In this document: positions 1 to 13,700 of the stretch, piece by piece
How positions within the stretch are numbered: the first letter of the stretch is position 1
Layout: the number at the start of each line of letters is the position of its first letter
Source: Vitrella brassicaformis CCMP3155
Taxonomy: Eukaryota > Protista > Chromerida
Length of the DNA stretch: 64,000 nt
NCBI GenBank assembly: GCA_001179505.1
Contig: CDMY01000412.1
Span: forward strand, 20,036 to 84,035
Direction: 5' to 3'
The notes under the pieces: model-generated
The model's input: the letters and a program-made list of their open reading frames with translations, nothing else
What the model was told of the DNA's origin: nothing
Databases searched by the model: none
Made by a program: the position numbers and the translations under genes

Positions 1-2064
1 TCGCTGACCGAGCATCTTCATGCGGCGTGCAATTGTAGAGGTAAACCTGATCTCGCCGCCCATCTCCGTCACCACCAGGTGGAACTCGGGGTTGTGCAGC
101 TGGTTGGATCGGTGGCACCGGCCGAACTGCTGCACCGCCTGATATAGGTGACAACAGACAGACAGACAGAGCAGCCCCGGAGACACACACAGACAAAGAG
201 AGAGAGGCAGTGGGTTGGGTTAAAGTGCTGCTCCTTCTGACCTTGTCGGCGGACCAGGGAAGCTCCAACGTGTACTGGCCAACGAAGAGACAAACAGAGA
301 TGTGTGCACTGTCTATACGGAGGCCATTTCGTTGCGTGGCTGCATACCATGACTCGAGGCCGTCTGTTGCCGGCTCGTCTGTCGGCGTGCAGTGAGATCC
401 CCGCACTCGCCGCCTCTGTGATGATCGCGATGCGCTTCTCGCCGTCCTGGAACAACTGCCGCTCCCTGACAGCCACATCCATCCATCCATCCATCTCTGT
501 GTTTTGTGGCTGTGTGGGTGGATGTGGCTGCCTTGGCCGATCAACCGACCTGTTGTTGATGGACTCGCCCTGCCTGCTCGACTGGCCGCGGCTGTATTTC
601 CCCCTGTCGACATACTCACGACGACCGGTGCTTGGGTTGACCTCGTAACGCTTCGAACGACCTGGACGAAGAGATGAACAGAGGAAATGACTGGCTGGAG
701 GATTTATGGGTTTATCCGTCTTCTAGTGCACTGACCGGTCAGCTCAGCCACATGGCCGGGCCCGCCAAACTCCTGAAGAATGGCGTCCAGAGGGTTGGGG
801 CTGCACGAACGAACAATCGGGCAATGGAGTAGGGTGTGTGGGTGTGGGTGTGCGTGTGTCGGTCGGTGGCTTACGGCATGTCAATGTTGGCCAGTCGCTC
901 CTCTGCAGGACGATGGATGCATGGACAGGCAGAGACACATGGGTATGCGCGTGTGTGTGTTGCCTGCCTCCCGCCCTGTCCCCCCTCTCCTTACTGATGG
1001 CCTGTTTGCGAGCGTCGTAGTCGCCCACCTCGTAGCCGCGCACGTCCTTGGTCTTCACCCACTGCACCCATCCATCCATCCATCCATCCATCTATCCACG
1101 CACACAAAGCAGCAGAGATCAGAGGGCCCTTACCTTGTCGAGAAAGTGCTCGAGTATGAGATGGAGGCCAGCGGTGTTCATGGCCTCCTGGTCTTCATCG
1201 TTGTCCGCATCATCACGACGGGCCTCTTGCTGGTCGGCCTTCTCTCGGTGCCGGGCCTCGCCTGTCGACCACCTGTACACACACAGAGGGGTGGGGTGTG
1301 TGTTGCGGGCTGTGTCGTGTGTGGTGTTGATATATTGTGTACATAGAGAAGATGACGGCCTTTCCATGGGCGAGGTCCTGAAGGAGTGGCACAAGGGACA
1401 CCATGGTGTCCTCGGCTCGGCTAGCCCCCCATCCCCTCCCCGTACCTTCCTAGCCTTGCGCACTGCAGTGGGTATTTTCGTGGCGACAAGCAGGATGCGG
1501 AAGAACCGCTGTGCACTGGCCCAGAACTGCATCGTCGCCACCCTGTGTGATGCATTCGATGAAGGCGCACACATGAACGAAGCCATGCGCAGAGAGAGAG
1601 CCCTGTCGTGCGGCTGTGTGTGTGTCTGTATGTGTGTCTGGCCGGCCAGCCGGCCGGCTAGTTTGCCCCACTTACATCCGCTCATCGTTGTGGATTGTGT
1701 ACTTGCAGTCCGGGCTGGAGCAAACCGCACTGTAGACGAACACAAAGACGGAGAGCGGGTGGCACCGCCTCCACGCCCGCACATTGCCAATCTCTACCTA
1801 CCATTCGGGTGTGTTTCCGTCGTGCCAGTGGACATGTGGGTCTTCCTTGGTCTCGTTGAAGAGGGCGAACACGTCCTGCCACACCACCACTGCCGTCGAG
1901 TAAAGGTTGGTCGCGTCGTTCTTGAGGCCGATCTGTAGAAAGGCACACCAAGCCACCACACACCCTGGTACACATCCATCCATCCATCCGCCCATCCAAA
2001 CAGCACCTTGACGACTTCGAACTTGCAGCCCTGGTAGCTGAGGGTTCTGGACGAGAACTGTACA

Positions 2065-2100
<36 letters not shown>

Positions 2101-5095
2101 CATAGACACAAGGAGGAAAGAGATGCGTCGAAACGTCATGTGTGTCATATGTGTGTCGGTTCGTGTCTGTCTTTATCTGCCTTTCTTTCTGCGTGTGCTT
2201 ACGAGTCCCTGCGACTTGATATTTATCGTCAGGCACTCCATCCCGGACACGGCGTTGTAGTTGATCCGCTGATGCAGCTGTGGGAAGCTTGCAAACGGAG
2301 TGCCCGGACCTACACACACATCAACACATCAACAACCACACACATGGCATGGCAGCCACCCATTGCATTGCACCTGGGCGCACTCCACCCTCCCACTCAC
2401 TCAGTCACTGACTCACCCCAAAGGCCCAAGCGCGACATGTAGCCGAGATTGCGCAGCTCTGATGCGGCGGTCGCTGAGGCGTAGATGACATGCGCCTTGG
2501 GACAGAACTCCTGCTCACACGTGACAACAAACACGCCAGGAAGGATGGATGTGTGGATGTGTGGATGGATGGATGGATCCATGAGCTCATCGGTGTGTGT
2601 GTGACGTGCCTGGAGTTTGGCCACGAGCAGGCCTGTGAGGGATGCGCCCTTGGGCGTCATGTTCTGGCTGTCGAACTCGGTGCCCTTGCCCGTCAACTCT
2701 GGTGCCAGATTCTTGGCCTGCACACCCGTGGCGACTGTCTACGTGGATATTGGTCTGGACGTGGCGACCTTGTGCGATTCGTCGAGTACGATGGCGCCCT
2801 GAGCGTCCTTGCCGCCCAGCCACTCGACAATGGCCGCGAACCGGCACAATCTACACACACCACACCACACCACACACCAAACAGAGAGGATCGTGGATGG
2901 GGGTGTGGGTGTGGGTGTGGGAAGAGGCGGGTACTTGGGATCATTGAGTATGTCGTGGTCGCCCTTCTTGAGCCGGGCTGACAGGTCCTCTGCCTGGCTC
3001 TTGGTGTTGTGCTTAACGAAGTACATGTAGCTGCAGAAGAGAATGCCGTTGCCTGAGGGCATCAAGGAAGCGCACACGCATCCAACACAAACAACACCCA
3101 TATATGTGTATGTCTGTGTGGATGGATTGATGTGTCTGTGTATGTGTGGCATAGCGGGTGGATACATGAGGGTCCGAGTTTGTCTTGGAGTTTGAGTTTG
3201 TTTTCGCGGTTGCTCATGAAGGAGTCGAACACCGGCATGCCCTTGATGTTGGCCAGCGGAATACTCAGACGCAGATCATCTGAACAATACAGCACAGCAC
3301 AGCACAGCACAACACACAAAGGCGTATACTAGTGGGTGTATGCAGCATGGATCGTGCGTGTCTGTGTCCGTGTGTACCTATGTCTCTCTTTGAGTCCATT
3401 TCGAGGTCGGGCGAGACACTGAACCAGATGTGCCGCTGGTTCTTGGTCAGCCGCTTGTGGTTGTGCACGTGCCCAATGAACGCCGCCATGGTCCGCCCCT
3501 GCTCCCAACCAACCAACCAACCAACGCACCAGTGCACCACTCATCAATGAATGACTTGCATACGGCCACAGGCGGATGCGCGTGCTGGTGTGTGGTGTGG
3601 TTCTGACCTTGCCGCTGCCGGTTCCGTCACCGAGGCAGAAACCACCCCGGTGCCCAGAGTCCAACAACTGACAACGGGCATTCGGATGTGGGCGTGTTGG
3701 GGCTGGGGGTGGGGAGGGGGTGTGTGTGTGTGTGTGTACCTTGCTTGAGCGTCGGCACGTGGATGATCGACTCCATCTGAACGCTCGACAACAGGCCATG
3801 ATCCACTACCCATCTGCAGGACAGACAGACAGACAGGCAGCAAGGCAGACGGAAAGGGCGGGAGGAATGAATGATGTGTAGACACGTGTGTGCACGTCAC
3901 GAGCAATTAATTACTTGGGCATGTGTACGATGTCCGTCTGGCGGAGCGGAGGCAACTTGACCGCATGCAGAGTGGCCGACTGATATGCGCATATGGAGGC
4001 ATAGATGACGGGCGGCTGCTGGATGGTTATCTATCTATCTCGGCTCACCTCCGCCAGGACCGCAGGATGCTCATGACCGAAGTTGAACAGCGACGATCGA
4101 CGCACGGCCTTCATGACCTCCTCGCCCCCACCAGCACCTCCACCCCCAGCACCATCCTGACACACACGCACCACACATCCCTCTCATTACAACAGCCGCC
4201 CACGAATTGAAGGAAATGTGTGAATTGCTTACCGATCTATCGTCGTATGGGTCGGTATGGTGCTGCTCGAGGTCGTATGGGCACAGTGGTCTGTTCTTGG
4301 CCTCGCTCCAGTCCTTGGGCAGATGCCTCAGCGGGTGGTCACCTCCTGCACACACCACACGGCGAGAAGCCGAAGTGTATGCGTCTTTGTGTGGCCACCA
4401 TGGTCCGTCTGCATACCTTTGTTTGCATTTGCCTTCTGGCGGTGCTGTCCGATGTCATCGTCGTCATCGCCGCTGCGCAGATGACAACGAGGTGCCCCGC
4501 CCCTCCTCTCCCCCACCTGTGCAGGTGTCTGTGTTGCTTACTTGTCCGTCAGGTCCCAAATGGAGCCGCCACCCATCCCACCCCGCCCCCCGCCACCATC
4601 AGCACGGCTACGCCCACCCGCAGCAGCGGCAGCGGCAGCGGCAGCGGCAGGGGCAGCGGCAGCAGGCCGCTTGCCGCCCTCAAACACGTCACTGGACGCA
4701 ATTTGACAGCACAATACATACGTGTACTGGTGGGGGTGGAGACCATCAAACAAACCACCATGTCATATGTATGCTGTCCACCATACTTACTCATCATCGA
4801 AGGGCCAGTCATCATCGTTGTCCTCCTCTTTCTTCACCTCCGGGCCGCCCTTCCCCTCCACCTCCCCATCGAAAAACAGCGCCACGTCGTCATCGGAGTC
4901 GAAGAGCTTGTCAGCCGCTGCTGCAGCTGCTACAGGAGCTACAGCCGGTGCACTCTGCTGCTGCTGCCGCTGCTGCTGCTGTTTGTGGGTGTTCTTGGTT
5001 CGTTTGGTGGACGGCGCGTTTTTGACGAGGATGATCTGGCAATCGTCCGACTCGTCGCCTTCATCACTATCAGCCGGGCGCTTTCGCTCATTCAT
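1..5095 (-). CDS. SBNO1: Strawberry notch homolog (SBNO-family SF2 helicase-like protein), multi-exon, runs off the left edge
   Basis: Minus-strand exons give [38 protein letters not shown]|[59 protein letters not shown] and [11 protein letters not shown]. These match the SBNO motif order. The start [10 protein letters not shown] at 5095 is inferred. Confidence 0.93.
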
Positions 5096-5602
5096 GGTGT
5101 GGCGGACACGAAAGGACGGGAATGGCCGCCGCCAGAAAATTCACATGTGGTGGGAGGTCCCGCTGGGGGGAGCAGCTGCGCGCAGCAAAGAGGTGTGCAC
5201 ACAGGCAGCCAGTCGGCCAAGACCACTGCGGGACGTGACACTGAGCGAGATGATTTGCGGAATGTCCCATTTAACCGATGAAATTTTGTGCGTTTTTCCC
5301 GGTGACCTTCATTCATTGTGAGCCGTCGCAATGACCTGCATGTGGTCCAGCGTGCCTCACTGATCACTGTAAAGCAAATTTTACCTCCAAACACCCACAA
5401 ACAGCCGAGATCGGGGCCGCCAAAGTGGGGTCAAGCAAGCAAACGAGAAGCAGCGAAGCAAACAAGCTGCGGAGCACCATGAATGGCTTGCCTTTGAGCC
5501 CACAGTAGCATTTGCAGTGAAAGAGCGACTCCGCCATGCGAGTCAGGTGGCCTGCTGCGACGCCCTGGTGACTCAGACGGCCAAGCAGAAGGCGTGTGAA
5601 TT

Positions 5603-5690
5603 GCCTCGCTTAAATGGGACCTCGGTCATATGGGAAACTCGTTATATGGGACACCCTGGGCAGTGTCCCATTTAGCCGAGGCCCACTGTA
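5603..5690. mobile_element. Small MITE-like or pogo/Tc1-like inverted-repeat remnant
   Basis: gcctcgcttaaatgggac (5603-5620) matches the reverse complement of gtcccatttagccgaggc (5665-5682) at 16/18. The right end reads ...cccactg|ta, i.e. TA-CAGTG on the minus strand. Further partial copies of the motif lie at 5621-5652 and 5264-5278. Confidence 0.45.
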
Positions 5691-6205
5691 CTTTTTGCTT
5701 GGGCAAGGAGTACGAGCTGGAAGAGAGGAGAGGAGAGACAAACGGTCTCAGTAAAACCATCCATGGATAGCTAGCACGGCTGACCACGACCAGGACGGCT
5801 TGCCTGCCTGACCTGCACGTGAATAGAATAGTTACTCATCGACATCATGTATATGTACAGCCGCCCAGGGAGATGCGGGGCGGGGGGGAACGTGGGCGGG
5901 AGTGTGTGCTGTGTGCATTCATGTTCATGGTGTCTAAGGGACTCTCGAACTAAAAAGCGGAGACAAGTCAAGTTTTGAAGGGGTCAAGACCGACCGACCG
6001 ACCAGCCGGCCATCTATCTATGTCGGTCGAAAGGCTCAATCAATCAGTGAGCGCATTGACTGATTGCTATACAGTCCAAGCATGTCGGTCACGTCACGCA
6101 CACAGACGGACAGACGCAGCGTTGCTGCTCACAGCCAACACCATCCCAGTACCACTAGCTTGTTAGTACAAATCAGATCACCCACCCAAGCCATCCCTCG
6201 ATCCC

Positions 6206-6934
6206 TCATTGTGACGGTTCGAAGGACTTCATGCTCTCGACGTTGAAAATGTAGTCGCTGTAGTGCGTCTTGGCGAACCATGCCATGTCCCGCTCCTGAA
6301 TGATGTTCATGATGCGCTTCTTGTCCTTCTCGCGCTTCTTCTCCTGGTTGGGGATCCGCTCAGCCTTGCGCTTCAACTCGTCCATCACGCCGCACTCACG
6401 CAGCTCGTACATGTACAGCTGCGTCCACCGGTCCACACTATAGCAAACAGCAAACAGACACACAGACACACAGATGTGAGTCACTTCATATATATATATA
6501 TCTCTCTCTGCGTCCCTGTGTGTGCCGCGCCGCCCAGTGCTGTGCAGCTATGTGTGTGTGGCTGTGCTTACTCGACTTGTCCACTTTGGAACTCTGCGTC
6601 GAGTTCGGCGAGCGCCTGGTCGAAGTCCCAGTCGTCGGCATCCTCATCGCAGTCCAAAAAACTGACCTCCACGATGTTGAGCGGCGACGGTCCCCGTGCT
6701 GGCGCCCTTGACGCACCTGCAACCCCCCGCCCACACATCCACCACACCCACAGGCAACACAGGCATAAGTTGATCTGGCCTGGTGCAAATCTCTGCGTGT
6801 CGTCTGTGCGTACCTGGTGGGTATTTCCTGAGTCTAGAGAGCATGGTGGGTTGGGGGGCGACCAGCTGGAAGGCGCTGGATGAGCACAGCAGGCCCAGCA
6901 CAGATGCGGCGCGGAGGGAGAGGGAGATCAACAT
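6206..6934 (-). CDS. Plastid-targeted small basic protein resembling ribosomal protein bS21
   Basis: The leader MLISLSLRAASVLGLLCSSSAF-QLVAPQPTMLSRLRK looks like a signal peptide, an SAF motif and a transit peptide. The last exon VDRWTQLYMYELRECGVMDELKRKAERIPNQEKKREKDKKR resembles the bS21 core. The family match is by eye only. Confidence 0.55.
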
Positions 6935-7145
6935 GTTCGTCGGCTGGATCTTCGACGCACTCCACTTCACAGACCACTGAGGGCTCTCTGTGCGTCCAAG
7001 GACGCTTCTTCGCGCGGCGGTCCTGGAAGCGCAAGCTCGCAAAAGAGCTTGCAATCGTCTCGCAAACCCCTCTCTTTCTCTCTCGACAGCAATGCATCGT
7101 TTGTAACGGCGAGTTTGTTTGTTTGTTAGTTAGTTGTCAAGAGAG

Positions 7146-9547
7146 ATGGTGTGTGGTCCGACGCGCAACATCACGTCCATCTACATCAAGTACCGTTCGG
7201 ACCACAAGAACAAAAAGAACCGATTCGGCATCAGCCTGCTCGGCGGAGGCAGCCCCAGCCATGCAGAAGCCGGTCAGGGAGAACAAGACGCACACACACA
7301 CACACACACACGCCTGCCGTGCGGATCTCTCGTGTGTGTGTGCGTGCGCAGGGCAGCAGCGCCTTCTTGCGTCGACCTCTGGTAAGCCGCAAGGCAGGCA
7401 GGCAGGCAGGCAGGCAGCTGGGCCGCGGGAGATCAGATCTTATCAGACAGCTAGCTGTCCTGGCCCTGTACGGACGCTGTGTGTGTGTGTGTCTTGTGTG
7501 TGTGTGTCTTATGTGTGTGCGGCGATGGCCCCTCCCCGTGTAGAGGAGGACATCCAGGAGGTGGAGATGACGCAACTGCCGCCCGTCTGGGTGAGCAACC
7601 AGCCCATCAACACAACACCCCACCGTACGGGAGGGCTGGGCGACGGACTGTCTGTCTGTTGTGCTCAGGTTGATCTGATAGAGGACGCGCAGGACGACAT
7701 ACAAAAGATCAAAGACAAAAGTGAGTCAGTCAGTCAGTGAGGGAGTGAAGGAGTGAGGGAGAAGATCCATGGGAGGGATGCGATGCGTGAGGCATTCATT
7801 CCTTGTTTGGTGCCTGCGGTGTGTGCGGTGTGTTGTGTCGGTGGCTGCAGTTGCGACGCTTCAGCAGAAGCAGCAGCGACGCCTGCTTAAGGTGCGCAGC
7901 GCATAGAACACAACACCCCCGCACCAGCACTCACTGGAGGGAAAAGCAAAGGCGTGTGTGTGATTGTGAAGGTGTTTGGCGAGGAGGGTTCCAACACGTC
8001 GCTCGAGTCCGAAATCGACAACCTCTCACACGTCATCACAGCGGTCAGGGAGACAGGGAGGGAGGGACGGAGCGAGGGACCTTTGCCATCTGTTTGTGGT
8101 CTCTCTGCATGTGTCATGTGTGTGTGTGTGTGTGTCGTGTTTGTTTGTGTGTGCCTACCGTGCAGTTGTTTCGTCAGTGTGAGGGTCGTATCCACCAGAT
8201 CCAGACCAGGGGCACCGAGATGGGCGTCACCAACAAGGAATACGCACTCAGGCAGAACGCACAGGTCAGTCAATCAATAGGCACATGCCTGCACGCCTGC
8301 CTGCGATATGTTGTGGGCACACAGCCATTGCAATCAGTACATTCAGCAGCTTGTGTGAATGGAATGTTTGGTTGCCTGTGTGTGTTGGTTGGTTGGTTGG
8401 TTGGTTGCTTCATTCATTTACTTCAGCGCAGTGTGGCCAATCAGCTGCAGAAGCTGTCTCAGGACTTTAGGAAGCAGCAGAAAAACTACCTGCAGGGTAC
8501 GCACACACACACACACACACACACACGGACGAGACCACACCCGACCCGACACCCACCCTCTCTGTCTGTGTGTGGTGTGGACGGATGGTAGAGTTGAAGA
8601 AGCGTCAGTCCGGCGGCCGCGAGATATTCGAGAGCGCATCCGAGTCGACCACTGATGACTTCGTACGCTAAACCACACACACACACACACAGTGTCCGTG
8701 CCACGCGCTCTTACGATGGCTGGCTGGCTGGATGGATTGGTGTGTGGCCACCGCAGGGTTTCAGTGAGAGTCAGGTGAACGAGCTCGAGACCATCGAAAC
8801 GGACGTCAACGCACGCAACCAGGTGGGGTGGGCGGCTCGCTGGGTGGGGGCTGCACAGACAGACGATGCACAGCAAGATGAATCCGTTGCTCATCAGTCG
8901 TATGGCCTCCCTGTGTGTGCGTGTCATCATGTGTCTGTGTGTGTGTGTGTGTGTGTCAGGAGATCGCGCACATCGCGCAGTCGGTGGCTGATTTGCACAA
9001 CATCTTCAAAGAACTCGCCGTCCTCGTCATCGACCAGGTGGGCTGGGCATGGATGCCATCCATCCCGTCCCATCCCCCCCCCACACACACATACAGCCAC
9101 ACGTGTGTCTTTGTCTGTCTGTTTGTTTGCCCTCGTCGATCGTCTGTCTGTTTCGTCTGTTTCGTCTGGTCAGGGCACGATGCTTGATCGCATTGACTAC
9201 AACGTGGAGCAGGTCGAACAAAGGGAGGCACACACCGAACCCAACGTGACCACGTCCTCTGTGTGTGTGTGGGTGTGGTGTGTGCGTTTGTTTGCTGCCA
9301 ACAGGTGGTGATGCAGACTGAGGAGGCCAATGTGCACATCGCCAAGGCCGAGAAGCTGCAGAAGAGCGGCCGGGCAATGAAGTGCATACTCGCCCTTGTC
9401 ATCGCCATCTTCGTCATGGTAATAAACGACGACACACTCACGACTGAGGACATATTGTCCACTGTGTGTGTGTGTGTGTGCGTGCAGCTGGGTTTATTGA
9501 TCTTGAAGCACACCGGCCACAGGAGGCTGCAGATGGCCGACGACTAG
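7146..9547 (+). CDS. STX16: Syntaxin-16 / Tlg2 / SYP4-type Qa-SNARE
   Basis: N-peptide TRNITSIYIKYR; LPPVWV; Habc helices; SNARE motif EIAHIAQSVADLHNIFKELAVLVIDQGTMLDRIDYNVEQ; C-terminal transmembrane segment CILALVIAIFVMLGLLIL. Introns are GT-AG. Confidence 0.93.
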
Positions 9548-10791
9548 ACAGACACACAAATGCATGGATGGGCGCGTGCGTCCGTGTAGATTGCTGCGTG
9601 AGGAAATGAGTGAATGGCCTGTTGGCATGTTAGTATGTTGATTGACTGAAAAAGCCACACGCACAAATCAGTAGTCTTTGTCTTGCATCTCAAATTTGCC
9701 GATATAGATCGACCTCACGCACACAACGCACCACACTGCATAACACAGCACAACACACAAATCCTTCCTTGTTTGCCTGCTTGCCTGGCTGCCTGGTACA
9801 CTCACACAAGACTTGACGCACCCACCGGCCGGCCACACAAGAGAGGGATACAGACGTACGCTTCAGTCAGTATGTGTGTAAGTAAGGATGTGGCTCTTTA
9901 TGGATACAAACAGAGCAAGGCACACACGCACACACGAGTGAGTGAATGCACTGTTTGCCTGCAGCAGGGCAGTGGAAAAAAAGACGAGGCCCAGCACCAC
10001 AACACACACAACAGCACAGCACAGCACGCCTGCCTGTGCGTGCGTGTGCACGGGCCACGTTCATCAATCATGGAGAATGCGCAAGGTCATCCTTCCATCT
10101 GGACATCCCATGAATCGCGTCGCATGCTCGAAGTAAGAGTCCCGCGTAAAGCTGTGTACGGCCGGCGCACAGGCCCAGGCCGCCCAGCGAAAAAGGGGGA
10201 CACACCACCACCCACCGACACAACACGCACGTACGGCGCACGAGTGAACACAGACAGCATGAGGACGACACACAGACAGACAATCAGACAGACAGAGAGA
10301 CGGTGGTAGAGAGAATAGAAGAAGGTGTGATAGCTGCCTGGACGGCTGAATGGGTGGACGAATGGATGGATGGATGGCAGGGGAGAAAACACCGGATGAC
10401 AGAGAGAGAGCGTGTCTGTTTGTCTGTCTGGATGGATGTGATGGGGGGTGGAGATGGGGAGGGGGTGGGGTGGGGCGGTGCCTCTCTTCATTGCACTGCA
10501 CTGAATGCATTGCCTGCATGCCATGCATCGACCAGTTCAAGCCTGCCTGCCTGGGTGTCAGTCAATCTGTCCCTCCCTCCCTCCAAAAGCCATCAAAACA
10601 CGACAAAACTCAATCCATCAACACACGGACAAGAGACAGCAGACAGACGGACAGACAGACGGACAGGAAAGAGTGAGAAGTACGAGAGGAGACGAGACGA
10701 CACGGCACACAGCAGCCAGACCACACACAGATTGCCAACCAGCCAGCCAGCCAGCCAGGCGACTGCGCTCCCCCTGTCCTTCTTTCTTCCT

Positions 10792-13700
10792 TCACGGCCC
10801 CTCCTGCCCTCCCCCATCTCCTCCGCCCTCAAGAAGCGGGCCCCTGTCGACCTCTTCTGCGGCACCATCGCCATCACCATCGCCATCGACTTCTTCCCTC
10901 AGGTTATCCTCCCCACCGCTCTCCCCGCCATATTCCTGCAGCACCATCTGACCATCACCACCAACGCCGCCCACAAAGGCCGGCGCGTCGGTGCCAGTGG
11001 GGGCAGCCACCACACCGCTCGACACAGACGGCACCTCGCCGGCAGGACTCACACCTGCACTCTCCCCACCGGGCGTGGGGGCGGGGACAGCGACAGGGGC
11101 AGGGACAACCGGTGGAGAGGGAGAGAGAGACGGCGATTGCGATGGTGCGGCAGGGGGAGGGACAGGAGGGGCGGCGGCGGAGGCGGTCTGCAGGGAGTCC
11201 GACAGAGTGGACGACGACCGCGAGAAGTCAGACGACGAACGGAGATCGCCTTGCGGGACACCACCAACACCACCACCACCAGCAACACCCGTACCACCAG
11301 AAGCGGACGGCTGTGCAATGCCACCCTGCGTCGATGTGGGAGGGAGGGATCGGTGGGGCGAGAGAGTGGATGGGTGTGAAGAGGAACTGGCGCTGGCGTG
11401 TGCGCTGCGGGGTGTGGACCGCTGTGAGTGTGAGGTGGGACCAGACGAAGTGAGGAACGACCGGTGGATGCCTGTGCCGCCCTCGTCAGAACCCTCGAGG
11501 CCCTCCTCGATGAGCTGCGGCCCACCACCGACACCACTGCCACCCCCTGAGGCCGATAGAGGGCCGCTGAGGTCGATCTGTGGCAGACCCTCGTCGAAAT
11601 CGGGGATGTCCACACTTGTGGATCGATCATGAGACACACAGATACACATGGATGGATGGAGGAAGGTGATGTGCAGTGTGGTGTGGTGTAGGTACCTGAT
11701 GGTGGCTGGGAGGGCCTCGAGGCCAGGGATGAACTCGGCCGGTAAGTGGACGCCATGCCGCTTCATGAAACTGGTGGACCACACAGACAGACACATATGA
11801 TCGATTGCTCGCTCATCTGACGCTTGCGTACGTTCTGCGCCGTTCTTCCTCCTCCTCCCTCATGCGCGTCAAGACGTCACACGCACTCATCGCCTTCACA
11901 CACACACACACACACACACAGTGCCTCCATCCATCAGCTGGCGAGTCTGGTGTGTGTGCTGTGGTCAGTCAGTTAGTTACCCTAGCGACGTATTTGGCTT
12001 TGAATGTCCTCCTCCTGGCGATTTCGGTGAGGGCCGCCTGGTAGGCCGACGGCATGCGGTCGATGTGACTCAGGTGGCTGAAGTCAGCCTGACGCACAGG
12101 AAGGGATGAATGGTCAGTCATGTTGGTTGGCTGCCTTTTGCGTGTGTGTGTGTGTGTTACCTTTTGTTTGTTGAGCGTTTCTTCGAAGACCACTCCCTGA
12201 CTCGACAGCTGGTGGATCCGCGACTGCAGTGCACACACATACACACACACACAGAGCCATGTGAGGCGCAGACAGGCTGGCATGCTGACGGACTGACAGA
12301 CCTGCAGCGATGAGACCTCCCTGAGGTGCTCCAGGAAGGCTGCACACCGGCTAGACTGACACATGAGACGCAAGGGCACACAAACAGGCAGGCAGGCAGG
12401 CAGGCATCAGAGACGCGTGTTGGGTTAGGAAGCATGCGGGCTGGCTGCCAGTGGCTGATGGGATGGGTGTGTGTCTGTGCCCCCATCCCCCATCCTCTCA
12501 CCCATCTGACGCAGCATCGGGAGTAGAGCTCCTTGACCTTCTCATGCAGATCCTGCACACGACCCAAGTACTCGTGCTGACAGACAGACAGACATGACAC
12601 ACACCACGCCACACACAGCCAAACCAGATCAGATCAGATCTATCCACAGTCTATCTTTCAACAAGATTCACCCACCCACACACCGACTCACGGACCTGTT
12701 GCTTCTCCTTCGCGAGCAGCTCTGCGGCGGCTTCCGGCGAGAACGAGCGGACGACGTCAGGGTGCTCTTGTGGCCTTTGTGCGTCGCCGACGCCGACCAT
12801 ACTGATGGTGGTGGAGGCCTCGATGGTGGGCTGCGGGGGCAGGGTCTGCAGCAGACTCTTGAAGGTCGCCTTCTGCTGACGCAGCAGCTCGTTGAGCTCA
12901 TGCATGTTCTTCTCCACCGTCTCGTCCGCACTGACCACAGACAGACAGTGGAGCGAGGGAGTGTGTGTGGTGTGTGGTGGGGTGGGGATTATTGGTTGTG
13001 TGGTTGCTTGCTGACCAGAAGTCGTTCATCTTTTCGAGTTCGCCGTCTGTGTGTTGTCCCGTCTCGATGGCCACCTTCCGCAGCTGCTCGATCCGACGGC
13101 GGATGCGGTCTGACGGATTTCACACACAACACACACACACACACACGGACAGACACATACAGACATGGTTTTCTCTCTGTCCTTGGCCGGCCTGACTGAC
13201 TGCGTGGCTGGCAGGTTTACCGTGGTCTGCCCCACAAGAGGCCGCGAACTGCCGGATGCGCTGCTCGGGGACCACATCCTATAGCACCACACACAACGAA
13301 GGAAGGATGTGTCCAGCCCCTCCTTCCTTCGTTGGCTGACGAAGCTGACCGCGAGTGTGTGTCTGCCCTGCAGGCGCATGGCAGGGTGTAGCTCCACCTC
13401 CCTCAGCCGCCCGATGGCGGCATCCAGCCCCTCAAGGACACTCTGGTGACGGGCGTGCACGCCCGTCGACTTCTTCGAGAACGCATCGACTGAAGCCAGG
13501 AATGTGCTGAGGAACATACATACACACAAACAAAGAGGGAGAGAGGGAGGGTGTGCTGCGGTTGTGGCTCTCTCCCTTTGTGTGACGGTTCGGTCGGTCG
13601 GTCGGCCACTGACTCACTCACTCTTTGTGGTGTAGCAGGTTGGCGATGACGGCCCTGCAAGCCCTCTTCTGGCGCCTGACCCGCTCGTGCAAGTCAGAGA

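Noticed and set aside
4207-5281. Long plus-strand ORFs (272 and 353 aa)
   Set aside because: Antisense to the low-complexity 5' exons of strawberry notch.
10303-11632. 358-aa and 213-aa plus-strand ORFs
   Set aside because: Antisense to the last ATG11-like exon and running through microsatellites.
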